From positions 1 through 62,100 of the forward strand of contig CAYJNH010000001.1 of NCBI GenBank assembly GCA_964371705.1: a stretch of 62,100 nt of DNA, written 5' to 3'. This document shows positions 47,952 through 57,386 of this stretch, piece by piece. Made by a program: the position numbers and the translations under genes. The first letter of the stretch is position 1. Each line of letters opens with the position of its first letter. The notes under the pieces are model-generated. The model ran no database searches. It was not told where the DNA came from and saw nothing but the letters and a program-made list of their open reading frames with translations. This DNA is from an uncultured Muribaculaceae bacterium. Its GTDB lineage: Bacteria; Bacillota_I; Bacilli_A; RF39; UBA660.

Positions 47952-49628
47952 ATGTATATTGAAAAGCTAAAGGAAATAATCAACGAAGGTTTTAAATCAT
48001 GCGGGTATGATAATGAGTCAAATGTTACAGTTTCAAATAGGCCAGAACTTTGTGATTATCAGTGTAATGATTTGTTTAAAATAGCTAAAAGCTACGGGAA
48101 AAATCCAAAAGAAATAGGAGAAGAAGTAGTTGAAATTTTATCAGATAATAACGCATTTAAAAAAGTGGAGTTTTGCAGTCCAGGATTTATTAATATGACA
48201 TTATCAGATCAATTTATAAACAGTTACTTAAAAGAATATAATAAGGATTTAAAAAATTCTATAACTTCTCAAGTAAAAGAAAAAGTAGTAATAGATTATG
48301 GTGGACCAAATGTTGCAAAACCACTTCATGTAGGACATATGAGAACAACTAATATTGGAGAGTCAATAAAAAGAATTATTGAGTTTTATGGTCATGATGT
48401 TATTAGTGATGTTCATTTAGGAGATATTGGACTTCAAATAGGTCAAGTTATATATAAAGTAATTGAAGATAATTTAAATATAAATGACATAAATATTGCC
48501 TATTTAGATAAAACATATCCATTAATGAGTAAAGCCTGTAAAGAAGATGATGAATTAAAAGAAAAGTGTGCCTTAATTACAAAAGAACTTCAAGATGGTA
48601 ATGCACAGTATCAAATGATATGGAAAAAAATATGTGAAATATCAGTTGAAGATATGAAAAAAAGTTATAAAAAATTAGGTACACATTTTGATTATTGGTA
48701 CGGAGAATCTGATTCATTTAAATATTTGAATGAAACTACAAAAATAATGGATAAAGTACTTGAAAAAAGTAACGGAGCATTAATTGTAGATATAAAAAAG
48801 GAAACAGATAAAAACGAATTGCCTCCGCTTATATATAAGAAAAGTAATGGCGCTTATTTGTATGGTTCAACAGATTTAGCTACTATATATCAAAGAAAAA
48901 CAGAATTTAATGCTGAAAGAATAATATATGTAACAGATTTAAGACAAAATTTACATTTTACACAAGTATTTAGAGCAAGTGATAAAGCAGGATTATTTCC
49001 TGAAAATAAACTTGAACATATTGGATATGGTACAGCTAATGGAATCGATAATAAGCCATATAAAACTAGAGGGGGAGAAACTCCTAAATTAGAAAGTTTA
49101 CTAGAAGATGCTAAATCAATATTCGTATCAAAAAGAGAAGATAATAAAAATTTAAGTGAAGAAAATTTAAATAAAATAACAACTTCTATATTAAAATTTG
49201 CTGATCTTAGTACAACTTATGAAAAAGATTATATATTTGATTTAAATAAATTTTCAGAAGTAAATGGAAAAACGGGACCATATCTTCTATATACTTATCT
49301 AAGAATTAATAAAATAATCAATTCTAGTGAAATAAAACAAGAATTATCTAATCAAATATATAATGAAAGTGATAGAAATTTAAGATTAAAAATATTAGAA
49401 TTAGGAAGATTATTAGATTTAGCTTATGAAGAAAGAAAACCAAATTACATTTGTGATTATGTATACAATTTAGCTTCTAATGCAAATATATTTTATGGTA
49501 TAAATCATATAAATAATGAAGAAAATCAAATAATTAAAAACGATTTGACATATGTACTAAATTTAACAAACAAAATTATTGAAAATCTTTTATATTTGCT
49601 AGGTATAGAAATACCATCTGAAATGTAA
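47952..49628 (+). CDS. argS: arginine--tRNA ligase
   Basis: DYGGPNVAKPLHVGHMRTT (HIGH region) and HLGDIGLQIG resemble E. coli-type ArgRS. ATG at 47952 follows GAAGGGAG; the track start at 47916 lies inside the leader terminator. Confidence 0.9.
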   Translation: MYIEKLKEIINEGFKSCGYDNESNVTVSNRPELCDYQCNDLFKIAKSYGKNPKEIGEEVVEILSDNNAFKKVEFCSPGFINMTLSDQFINSYLKEYNKDLKNSITSQVKEKVVIDYGGPNVAKPLHVGHMRTTNIGESIKRIIEFYGHDVISDVHLGDIGLQIGQVIYKVIEDNLNINDINIAYLDKTYPLMSKACKEDDELKEKCALITKELQDGNAQYQMIWKKICEISVEDMKKSYKKLGTHFDYWYGESDSFKYLNETTKIMDKVLEKSNGALIVDIKKETDKNELPPLIYKKSNGAYLYGSTDLATIYQRKTEFNAERIIYVTDLRQNLHFTQVFRASDKAGLFPENKLEHIGYGTANGIDNKPYKTRGGETPKLESLLEDAKSIFVSKREDNKNLSEENLNKITTSILKFADLSTTYEKDYIFDLNKFSEVNGKTGPYLLYTYLRINKIINSSEIKQELSNQIYNESDRNLRLKILELGRLLDLAYEERKPNYICDYVYNLASNANIFYGINHINNEENQIIKNDLTYVLNLTNKIIENLLYLLGIEIPSEM

Positions 49629-49629
49629 T

Positions 49630-49660
49630 AAAAACTATTAATAAAAAATAGTTTTTTTAT
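49630..49660 (+). terminator. rho-independent terminator after argS
   Basis: aaaaactatt / aatagttttt stem followed by a T-run. Confidence 0.65.
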
Positions 49661-49735
49661 TTGTCATAAATTTGAAAAAAATAATTGATAAAAAAAATAA
49701 AGTATGTTATTATTTTATAGTAGGTGAGGTATAAA

Positions 49736-50347
49736 ATGGGTGTAATAAAAAAAATAATAATAGGTGTGTTAATAACAGTGTTTTTTGCAATAGCCATAAC
49801 TATGTCAATATTGCTATTAAATACAAACAAAGAATTTGGAGTAACTCAGTTTGAAAATTCTTCTTTATTGATAATAGATGGAGAGATATCATCTCCTAAA
49901 TATGAAAAAGGTGATTTAGTAATAACTGAAAAAAAACCTTTAGATAGTATAAATGTTGGAGATGAAGTTTTTATATTTAAAATCAATGACAATGATAAAA
50001 TAAGTATAGAATTAGGTTTTGTAGGAGAAGTATTTGTTGATGAAGATGCAATATCTTTAGAAAATGGAGCAACTTATTCTTCAAAATTTATAGCAGGAAC
50101 AGCAACAGATGTATATAGTGGGCTAGGAACAATAGTGAGTTTATTACAATCTACATGGATATTCTTTTTCTTAATAGTAGTACCATGTTTCTTGATTTTT
50201 ATATACCAAATATATTCATTAATAGTAGAAATTAAATTTGGCGGAGATGAACCATATACAAAATCTGAAAGAAAAGAAAAGTCAGAAAAAAAAGAAAGTA
50301 GACCTAAAAAAAGCAAAACGACAACAACAAGAAGTAGTAGATATTAA
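49736..50347 (+). CDS. SipW-like pseudo-peptidase (S26B fold and topology, catalytic Ser/His absent)
   Basis: It has an N-terminal TM helix, a beta-rich domain, a C-terminal TM helix and a basic tail. GEISSPKYEKGDLVITEKK...VGDEVFIF aligns with GSMEPKYEVGDVLISIEK...KGDAISY of the SipW at 55533. GSMEP, the TH(R/E) His and KGD.N are all missing. Confidence 0.6.
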   Translation: MGVIKKIIIGVLITVFFAIAITMSILLLNTNKEFGVTQFENSSLLIIDGEISSPKYEKGDLVITEKKPLDSINVGDEVFIFKINDNDKISIELGFVGEVFVDEDAISLENGATYSSKFIAGTATDVYSGLGTIVSLLQSTWIFFFLIVVPCFLIFIYQIYSLIVEIKFGGDEPYTKSERKEKSEKKESRPKKSKTTTTRSSRY

Positions 50348-50459
50348 TCTCTTCTTTTTTTTTACATATACATAAAAAATACTAAAAAAACTTATTGTAA
50401 AAAAATGTCTTATATGATAAAATTAAATAGAATAATAGTTTAGAATAGGAAGGTAGTTT

Positions 50460-52853
50460 ATGAGGTCTAGTGGTAGTACTAATAAAGTGTTAAAAAAAGC
50501 TACTAACATAACATTAGATATATTAATTTTTATATTTGGGATTATATTGCTAGTTTCCTTATATAACGTAGTACAAGTTAAAATACTGGGAAATGACTAT
50601 TCCAGTTTTTTTGGTTATACAATATTTGAAGTCCAAACTGGAAGTATGGAACCGGAAATTAGTGCAGGAGACTGGATAATAGTAAAAGAAAAAAAGAGTT
50701 TTGCTCTTGATGATGTAATAACGTTCCAACAAGATGGTAATTTTATAACTCATAGAATAATAGAAAAGTACAGTGACACCTTTATTACAAAAGGAGACGC
50801 TAACAACTCAGAAGATGATCCAATTAACGCTGATCAAATCGTGGGAGAAGTCGTTAGTGTAATACCGCTATTTGGATTATTTAGGATGACACTGTTTAAT
50901 CCATATATATTAATAGCACTTATAATAACAATATACATATATAATATGAAATCAATAAAAAAAGGAGGTATAATAAAGGTGATAAATAAAGTAAAAGAAT
51001 TTTTCGCAAAATTTGCAAAAGGTAAAGAAAAAAAAGAAACAGAAGACTTTTTCAAAGAAGATAACAAGAAATCATTTGAAAATATACCTTCACAACCAAG
51101 GTTTAGAGACTATGAAGAAAGATTAGAAGATCATACTAAACACAACGTAGACGAAGAAGAGGAAATCAAAGAAGAAAAAATAATAGATGAAGATAAAGAA
51201 GAAGAATTAAGTAAAACAATGTTCTTCAGAATGGTATCAGTTGATGAAGATGAAAATGAAAACAAGGTTGTTGAAGATTTTGAAAATGACCAACAACCTA
51301 TAATAACAGGAGATGAACCATTAGATACATTTGAAACTAAAGAAGAACTTAATGTTTTTGAAACTGAAGATAAAGAAGAAGCAAATGTATTCGAAAGTGA
51401 AATAGACGATGATTTTGAAAAAACAGTAAATCAATATGAAGAGCCAAAAAGGGAAACAGATTCATTTATTATCAGCACTGATGATGGAGATTATGAGTAT
51501 GAAAAACCAGAAGAAGAAATAGATGAAGAAATAGAAGTTGAAGAAACAAAAAATGAAATTGAAGTTGAAGAAGAAGTTGAAGAAACAAAAGAAGACAAAG
51601 AAGATGAAGCAAAATTTACTTTAGAAATGATTTTCAATAAACCAGAATATAAAAGAAGCAAGAACATCATAGCTAGAACAATGGCTATTAAAGAAGAAGA
51701 AATAAATAAAACAATAGATTTTATATTTGGTGAAAGTAAAATGCTTGCAAATGAAGCTACGATAAAAAAATCTTTAATCAAATCATATATAGAATCTAAA
51801 TATTACAATATTTTTAGTGAAAAAGTAGCATTACTAGAAACTAAAAAAACAGCTCAAAAGAAACCGAAATATGCAAATTTAAGCAGTATAAGTTTAATTA
51901 GTGAAAAAAATGGATTTGATAGAGCATACGCTACAAGAGTAAAAAAAGTAATAAACAGAGTGTCATATGCTCTTGAAGAAGATAGTGCTAAACTAGCAAG
52001 TATGTATTCAGGTAATGATAAAACTTACGAAGAAAAACTAGTAAAATATTCAAGTTTAATATTGCTTATTTCTAAATTAGAATACTTAGTTGATTTAGAT
52101 ATAAACATGAGAAGTAAAAAGATATTATATACAAAAGAAATTATTAAATTTATAAGTGATTATAATATAGAAAACGATAATATAGAGTACACTGTTAAGG
52201 AAATCATACATTCTCAAAAGCATTTTAGAAGTGCTTCAAAATATTTCTTGGATAGACTTAATACTGAAATGTTTGAATTAATATACCATCCGTTTAAAAC
52301 GGATAAAGCTAAATTTTTATTAGATTTAAAACATAATATAAGTTTCTCGCAAGTTTATAGTGATAGAGTAGTAGATAAAGCATATCAAGAAGGAATAGTT
52401 GCAGAAGATAAATTAAATGTATTATTAACTCTTCTTCAAGCAAGATTGTCACACGATATGCTAACTAGTGAGTTTGTTAATGAATATGTAGTATTGCTTC
52501 CAGATTCATTATGTTTAAAAGATACAAAATTTGAAAGATTATTTAAACAAAATAATGAAGAATACGCTAAGAAAAATATAGTATATTTAATAAGTTATGA
52601 TATTTTTATGAAAAAAGCTGCTAGCATTAAAAATCTAAGGAAAAATGGATTTAGAATAGCAATGTATATTAATGATGATACAAAGTTTGCTAGTAAAAAT
52701 AAAACAGGAATAGCATTAGCAGAATACATATTCATAGATAAACAAACAAAAAAAATAATAGAGTTAGAAAAATTGGTTTTTGACAATTTTAAAAACAAAA
52801 TAATAAAAGACGATATTGATAATAAATTAGAAATTAAGAAGGAGGAAAGATAA
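50460..52853 (+). CDS. SipW-type (archaeal/ER-type, S26B) signal peptidase I fused to a cytoplasmic extension of about 620 aa
   Basis: Residues 1 to about 165 carry a TM helix, QTGSMEPEISAGDWIIV, ITHRII, TKGDANNSEDDP and a second TM helix. An acidic low-complexity linker follows (IEVEETKNEIEVEEEVEETKEDKEDE), then an uncharacterised domain of about 400 aa. Confidence 0.8.
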   Translation: MRSSGSTNKVLKKATNITLDILIFIFGIILLVSLYNVVQVKILGNDYSSFFGYTIFEVQTGSMEPEISAGDWIIVKEKKSFALDDVITFQQDGNFITHRIIEKYSDTFITKGDANNSEDDPINADQIVGEVVSVIPLFGLFRMTLFNPYILIALIITIYIYNMKSIKKGGIIKVINKVKEFFAKFAKGKEKKETEDFFKEDNKKSFENIPSQPRFRDYEERLEDHTKHNVDEEEEIKEEKIIDEDKEEELSKTMFFRMVSVDEDENENKVVEDFENDQQPIITGDEPLDTFETKEELNVFETEDKEEANVFESEIDDDFEKTVNQYEEPKRETDSFIISTDDGDYEYEKPEEEIDEEIEVEETKNEIEVEEEVEETKEDKEDEAKFTLEMIFNKPEYKRSKNIIARTMAIKEEEINKTIDFIFGESKMLANEATIKKSLIKSYIESKYYNIFSEKVALLETKKTAQKKPKYANLSSISLISEKNGFDRAYATRVKKVINRVSYALEEDSAKLASMYSGNDKTYEEKLVKYSSLILLISKLEYLVDLDINMRSKKILYTKEIIKFISDYNIENDNIEYTVKEIIHSQKHFRSASKYFLDRLNTEMFELIYHPFKTDKAKFLLDLKHNISFSQVYSDRVVDKAYQEGIVAEDKLNVLLTLLQARLSHDMLTSEFVNEYVVLLPDSLCLKDTKFERLFKQNNEEYAKKNIVYLISYDIFMKKAASIKNLRKNGFRIAMYINDDTKFASKNKTGIALAEYIFIDKQTKKIIELEKLVFDNFKNKIIKDDIDNKLEIKKEER

Positions 52854-54364
52854 TGGATACAGTTTTAAGATTTTTATACGAATTTTTTGATAATTTTGTG
52901 TCAGGACTACAATCTATTTGGGAAGGTATAGTAGGGATATTTAATTTTGGAAATTATGTCAAAATAATTAATAATTATAGCAAAGAGTTCGAAGGACCGG
53001 AATGGCTATTCATTTTAATAGCTGTAGCATTAATCCTAATTATTCTTGGTTTAATAGGATTTGTAATATTTATTTATGTAAAAAGATTTATAAGAAATAA
53101 AACACACAAAGTAAGTAATGAATCTCTTTTAGAAGAGGTAGATAAACTAAATAATCAAGTTAGAAAACTAATGAAAGAAAATGCTGAATTGATGGCAATG
53201 AAAGTATCTCAATTAGGATTAAATCCGGATGATGAAGATGGTGTCAACCCAGAAGAAGAAGTAGATGAAGAAACTAAAGAAAATGCACATAGGTTCCCTA
53301 AACTTGAACTTATAGATGAAGAGTTTAAGGATTATACAGTTCAAAATTATAATAACAATTTTACATTAGAAGAATTAACAGATAATTTAAGAGCATTTTC
53401 TGCAAGTACATTAAAGCTTTATTATGATTATTCTTTATTAAGAACATTTATTGCTGGTTTAGCATCAAGTAGATTGATAATACTACAAGGTATATCAGGA
53501 ACAGGAAAAACATCATTAGCATACGCTTGGGGTAAATTTGTAGCAAATGATTCAGTAGTAGCATCTGTTCAACCTTCATGGAAAGATAAAACAGAATTTT
53601 TAGGTTACTTCAATGAATTTACTAAAAAATTCACAGAAACGGAAGCGTTAGGAGAAATTTATGCAGCTAGTTTTGATGATAATGTACATACGATAATACT
53701 AGATGAAATGAATATAGCAAGAGTAGAGTATTACTTTGCAGAAATGTTATCAGTTCTTGAAATACCAGCAAGAAGCGAGTGGGTAATAGAATTAGTAACA
53801 AGTGGGTGGCCACATGATGCAGCAAAACTTGACAATGGTAAATTGTTATTACCAGGTAACTTATGGTATATAGGAACAATCAATAACGATGATTCTACAT
53901 ACATGGTAACAGATAAAGTTTATGATAGAGCAGTTCCAATAGATATAAATAAAAAAATCAAACCATTTGATTCTCGTAAACAAGATGCAGTTCCAATAAA
54001 TGCAACATATTTAGAAGGATTATTTGCTGAAGCAATAGAAAAAAATCCTGTTTCTAAAGATGGATTAGATAAATTAGCTTTGATTGATGATTATGTTATT
54101 AAACATTTTAGAATAGCTTTTGGTAATCGTATTATGAAACAATTGACAACATTTGCTCCAGTATATGTAGCATGTGGTGGTCAAGAAATTGAAGCGATTG
54201 ATTACTTTATTGCAAGAAAAATATTAAGAAAATTTGAACAATTAAATATTGCGTTTATACGTGATGAGTTAGATCCATTTATCTCATTTTTAAATAAAGA
54301 ATGTGGTAAAGGAGTTATGAAAGAGTGTATTGAGTTTATAGAGTATATTAAAAAATCAATATAG
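52853..54364 (+). CDS. membrane-anchored McrB-family AAA+ NTPase
   Basis: One TM helix (WLFILIAVALILIILGLIGFVIFIYV, with a KRFIRNK-positive cytoplasmic side) is followed by a coiled coil. McrB-type motifs then appear in order: LQGISGTGKTS, IILDEMNIARVEYYFAEMLSVLE, NLWYIGTINNDDSTY and DKVYDRAVPIDI. The start overlaps the upstream stop by 1 nt. Confidence 0.75.
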   Translation: MDTVLRFLYEFFDNFVSGLQSIWEGIVGIFNFGNYVKIINNYSKEFEGPEWLFILIAVALILIILGLIGFVIFIYVKRFIRNKTHKVSNESLLEEVDKLNNQVRKLMKENAELMAMKVSQLGLNPDDEDGVNPEEEVDEETKENAHRFPKLELIDEEFKDYTVQNYNNNFTLEELTDNLRAFSASTLKLYYDYSLLRTFIAGLASSRLIILQGISGTGKTSLAYAWGKFVANDSVVASVQPSWKDKTEFLGYFNEFTKKFTETEALGEIYAASFDDNVHTIILDEMNIARVEYYFAEMLSVLEIPARSEWVIELVTSGWPHDAAKLDNGKLLLPGNLWYIGTINNDDSTYMVTDKVYDRAVPIDINKKIKPFDSRKQDAVPINATYLEGLFAEAIEKNPVSKDGLDKLALIDDYVIKHFRIAFGNRIMKQLTTFAPVYVACGGQEIEAIDYFIARKILRKFEQLNIAFIRDELDPFISFLNKECGKGVMKECIEFIEYIKKSI

Positions 54365-54385
54365 ATTAAGAAGGGAAAAAAGAGT

Positions 54386-55525
54386 ATGGCAGACTTATTA
54401 AACAAGGATATAAATAGCGAAACTAAAAAGAAAAACAAAGCATTTTTCGATAAAATAACATCAGATATGAGTTATAAAGCAAAAATGAATGGCGATGCTA
54501 TAAATTTTGATTGGATAGATATTGTTGAACAGTCTTGTCCATATCTAGATAATGTTGTAAGAAATCCTAAATTGATACTAGTAAATGAAGCTGAAGTTGA
54601 GTTAATAGAAAAAGCGAAAAAAATTACAGTAGAAAGTATTAAAGATTTAGCAGTGCACAACTATTATATAGATGATGTAACAAAAAATGGAGATGTAAGG
54701 CCTTCTAAAATACTAAATATCAAAAGTGAAGAGACATACAATATTTATGAAAATAGATTTTTATATACAGTAATTTATTTTCTAAATAGATTTCTTCAAA
54801 AAAAAGAAAAAGAGTTGGATGAACTATTAATTGATAGAACTCGTAAGTTAGAATACATTGGTACAACTAGAGTTGCTAATGAAGAAGTAAAAATGCAAGT
54901 TCTACTTAAAGCAACAGACGTATCAAAGCCTGATTTAAACAAAGATTTATTAGATGAAATCGCTAGTATTAGAAAAAGAATGAACAGGGTTAAAGATTAT
55001 ATTTCTTCTTGGTACAGAAGTGAGTTATTTAAACAATTAGAAAAAGCTAGAGTTAAATTAGTTAATCCCCCAATTAAAAAAACAAATATTATACTAAAAA
55101 ACCCAAATTTCAAAATGGCAGTTGAATTATGGAATTTTTTATACAATTATGTGGAAAACGAAGGAAGCAAAAGAAAAGGATTGGATTCTGATGGATCAGA
55201 ATTATTAATGGGACTTTTAGATCATGCCTTTTTAGTAGATTTTTATGTTCTTGAAAGTGTATGTAAAACAAAAAAAGAACAAAAAGAAAAATTAAATCAC
55301 TACGCATTATCTTTAATAAATGATGAAATCAGAAGATTATTAGATTTACTTAAAAAGTGTGGTTTTAAAATAACAGATGATGAAATTCTTGAATTAATTG
55401 CAAACAATTTAGGTAATGATAATCATAATATGGAAGATAAATCAAAAATAGCAAATCAAGATATTAAAAATAAATTTAAAAGTGCGATGGATGATTACTT
55501 AGAAAGGGTACAAGAATACTTGTAA
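54386..55525 (+). CDS. McrC-N-terminal-like partner protein without a recognisable PD-(D/E)xK nuclease motif
   Basis: SEETYNIYENRFLYTVIYFL resembles the NEDT.ANRIIK segment of McrC and DUF2357-type proteins. It sits directly downstream of the McrB-like gene. The remainder is helical and charged, and I could find no D...(D/E)xK signature. Confidence 0.45.
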   Translation: MADLLNKDINSETKKKNKAFFDKITSDMSYKAKMNGDAINFDWIDIVEQSCPYLDNVVRNPKLILVNEAEVELIEKAKKITVESIKDLAVHNYYIDDVTKNGDVRPSKILNIKSEETYNIYENRFLYTVIYFLNRFLQKKEKELDELLIDRTRKLEYIGTTRVANEEVKMQVLLKATDVSKPDLNKDLLDEIASIRKRMNRVKDYISSWYRSELFKQLEKARVKLVNPPIKKTNIILKNPNFKMAVELWNFLYNYVENEGSKRKGLDSDGSELLMGLLDHAFLVDFYVLESVCKTKKEQKEKLNHYALSLINDEIRRLLDLLKKCGFKITDDEILELIANNLGNDNHNMEDKSKIANQDIKNKFKSAMDDYLERVQEYL

Positions 55526-55532
55526 AAGCAAT

Positions 55533-56105
55533 ATGGAAAGAAAAAAAGAAAACAAAATATTCTCAATTATAAAATTAATATTCAAAATTATAATAATATT
55601 ATTTGTTGTTTCATTTATTTTAATGGTAGTGCTTCAAAGGGTAAGTAAAAATGAATTTTCTTTCCTTAATATAAGATTATTTAGTGTACTAACAGGTAGT
55701 ATGGAACCTAAATACGAAGTAGGAGATGTCTTAATAAGCATAGAAAAAGAACCAGAAGATATAAAAAAAGGTGATGCGATAAGTTATCTAGGAAAAGAAG
55801 GTACTTTTGATGGCAAAGTTGTAACACACGAAGTAATAGATATAGAAACAGGGGAAGATGGCAAGTTATTATTTACAACTAAAGGTATAGCAAATACCGC
55901 AATAGATCCGATAGTTTCAGAAGATCAAGTATACGGAGTTGTTTTATTTGAAGCTGTTCCTTTAAGTTTCATATATGGAATAATCAGTAAACCACTGGGA
56001 ATGTATTTACTAATTATAGTACCTATTTTATTCATAATTGGGTATGAAATTGTAAGTAGAATGTTAGAAAAAGAAGAAAAAAGAAGAAGTAATTATAGAG
56101 ATTAA
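55533..56105 (+). CDS. sipW: signal peptidase I, SipW type (S26B)
   Basis: N-terminal TM helix, LTGSMEPKYEVGDVLI, VTHEVIDI, TKGIANTAIDP and a C-terminal TM helix. 190 aa. Confidence 0.85.
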   Translation: MERKKENKIFSIIKLIFKIIIILFVVSFILMVVLQRVSKNEFSFLNIRLFSVLTGSMEPKYEVGDVLISIEKEPEDIKKGDAISYLGKEGTFDGKVVTHEVIDIETGEDGKLLFTTKGIANTAIDPIVSEDQVYGVVLFEAVPLSFIYGIISKPLGMYLLIIVPILFIIGYEIVSRMLEKEEKRRSNYRD

Positions 56106-56119
56106 ATGGAGGGATACAA

Positions 56120-57346
56120 ATGAAAATAATGTCAATAAGCAAATTAAAAGTAATGGTATTAATATTTGCAGTTCTTGCATTTGTGTCCGTTACATATGCA
56201 TGGTTTACTTATACTACTGAAGTTGGAACAAAATTAAATGTTGATGTTATGGCTTGGAATGTAGAATTTACAGATGAATCAACATCAGTAACAAATAGTA
56301 TAGTAATAACATCTGCAGAAATTTTTCCTGGCATGGATACAATAACAGAGTATATAGAAATAAATAACTATGGAGATGCTGATGCAAAACTAACTACTTT
56401 TGTTGAGTCAGCAAGAATATTTGATCAAGATTTATATTTAGTTGATCCAGTTAGAACAAGTGAACAATTAGAAGATGCTCTAGCACATGATTATCCATTT
56501 CATATTGATATTGTATTAAGTGATAATTATTTGAAACATCAAACAGGAAAAAGTGTTTTTGAAGTATCGATTTCATGGCCTCTTGATACAGATAATGATA
56601 AAGAAGATAGTAAATGGGGTTTAGATGCATACAATTTTGCAGTAAGTGAAAACGATAAACTTTTATTAGATTCATCATATGAAATTAGAAATCCTATAGA
56701 GGTTGTAATATCTGTAACTGCAGAGCAACAGATTGAAACTTCAGATATAGCCTCTGATAAAGATTATAGATTAGGTGATACAATTTTATTTGATGTAATA
56801 ACAAATAAATCTTGTACTACAATAAGTTCAAGTTGTTTAAAAACTAATGTAATAGATATAGATAATAAATATTCAGATTCAACAGTAACGCTACTTCCTG
56901 ATATAAAATCGACTTATGCTACTAGTACTTTTACAGGGTATAATGCAATTTTAGCTAATACAGTGGCCACTTGGTCAGTAAATACAAGAGCACTAGAAAC
57001 AGATGATTTACTTAATATAATTTCAAAAGATATAGTAACAAGTTATATTGAAAGAGAAAATTTTTCAGATATAATTATTGGATCAACGAATTATGAAAAT
57101 AGAGCAGATAAAAAAATAAATAGTACAATAGCTTATGGAGGTAATTTTACATTTTTAAATGATAAATTTAATTTCTTATATACAGCTAACTGTGTTTGGT
57201 CAAATACACAGTATGGTGTAGATAGTTCATTTGCATTAAAAGATATAGATGCAACAAGAAGTCAATTATATTCGTTAAGCAACACAGAATACTGTAAAGT
57301 AGTTCCAGTAATAATAGCAGACAAAACAGCATTAAGCACTATATAA
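56120..57346 (+). CDS. TasA/camelysin-like secreted protein with SipW-cognate signal peptide (408 aa)
   Basis: The signal ends in ...FVSVTYAWFTYTTEV (compare TasA ...GTWAAFND). EYIEINNYGDADA is an N.G strand motif. Last gene of the plus-strand operon. Confidence 0.6.
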   Translation: MKIMSISKLKVMVLIFAVLAFVSVTYAWFTYTTEVGTKLNVDVMAWNVEFTDESTSVTNSIVITSAEIFPGMDTITEYIEINNYGDADAKLTTFVESARIFDQDLYLVDPVRTSEQLEDALAHDYPFHIDIVLSDNYLKHQTGKSVFEVSISWPLDTDNDKEDSKWGLDAYNFAVSENDKLLLDSSYEIRNPIEVVISVTAEQQIETSDIASDKDYRLGDTILFDVITNKSCTTISSSCLKTNVIDIDNKYSDSTVTLLPDIKSTYATSTFTGYNAILANTVATWSVNTRALETDDLLNIISKDIVTSYIERENFSDIIIGSTNYENRADKKINSTIAYGGNFTFLNDKFNFLYTANCVWSNTQYGVDSSFALKDIDATRSQLYSLSNTEYCKVVPVIIADKTALSTI

Positions 57347-57386
57347 TGTCTGTTTTTTTTTTTTTTTTGCAATAAAAAACAAGTAA

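Noticed and set aside
51100-51620. Short repeats rich in gaa/gat/gtt that could suggest a repeat array or CRISPR-like structure.
   Set aside because: They are in-frame, imperfect, low-complexity coding sequence (the Glu/Asp linker of the SipW fusion protein). There are no unique spacers or regular repeat units.
57353-57368. T16 homopolymer after the 408 aa TasA-like gene, a possible phase-variation tract.
   Set aside because: It lies in the 3' intergenic region between convergent genes, next to an imperfect hairpin (aacaagtaat/attacctgtt). It most likely serves as a terminator U-tract. It is not within a coding region or promoter spacer.
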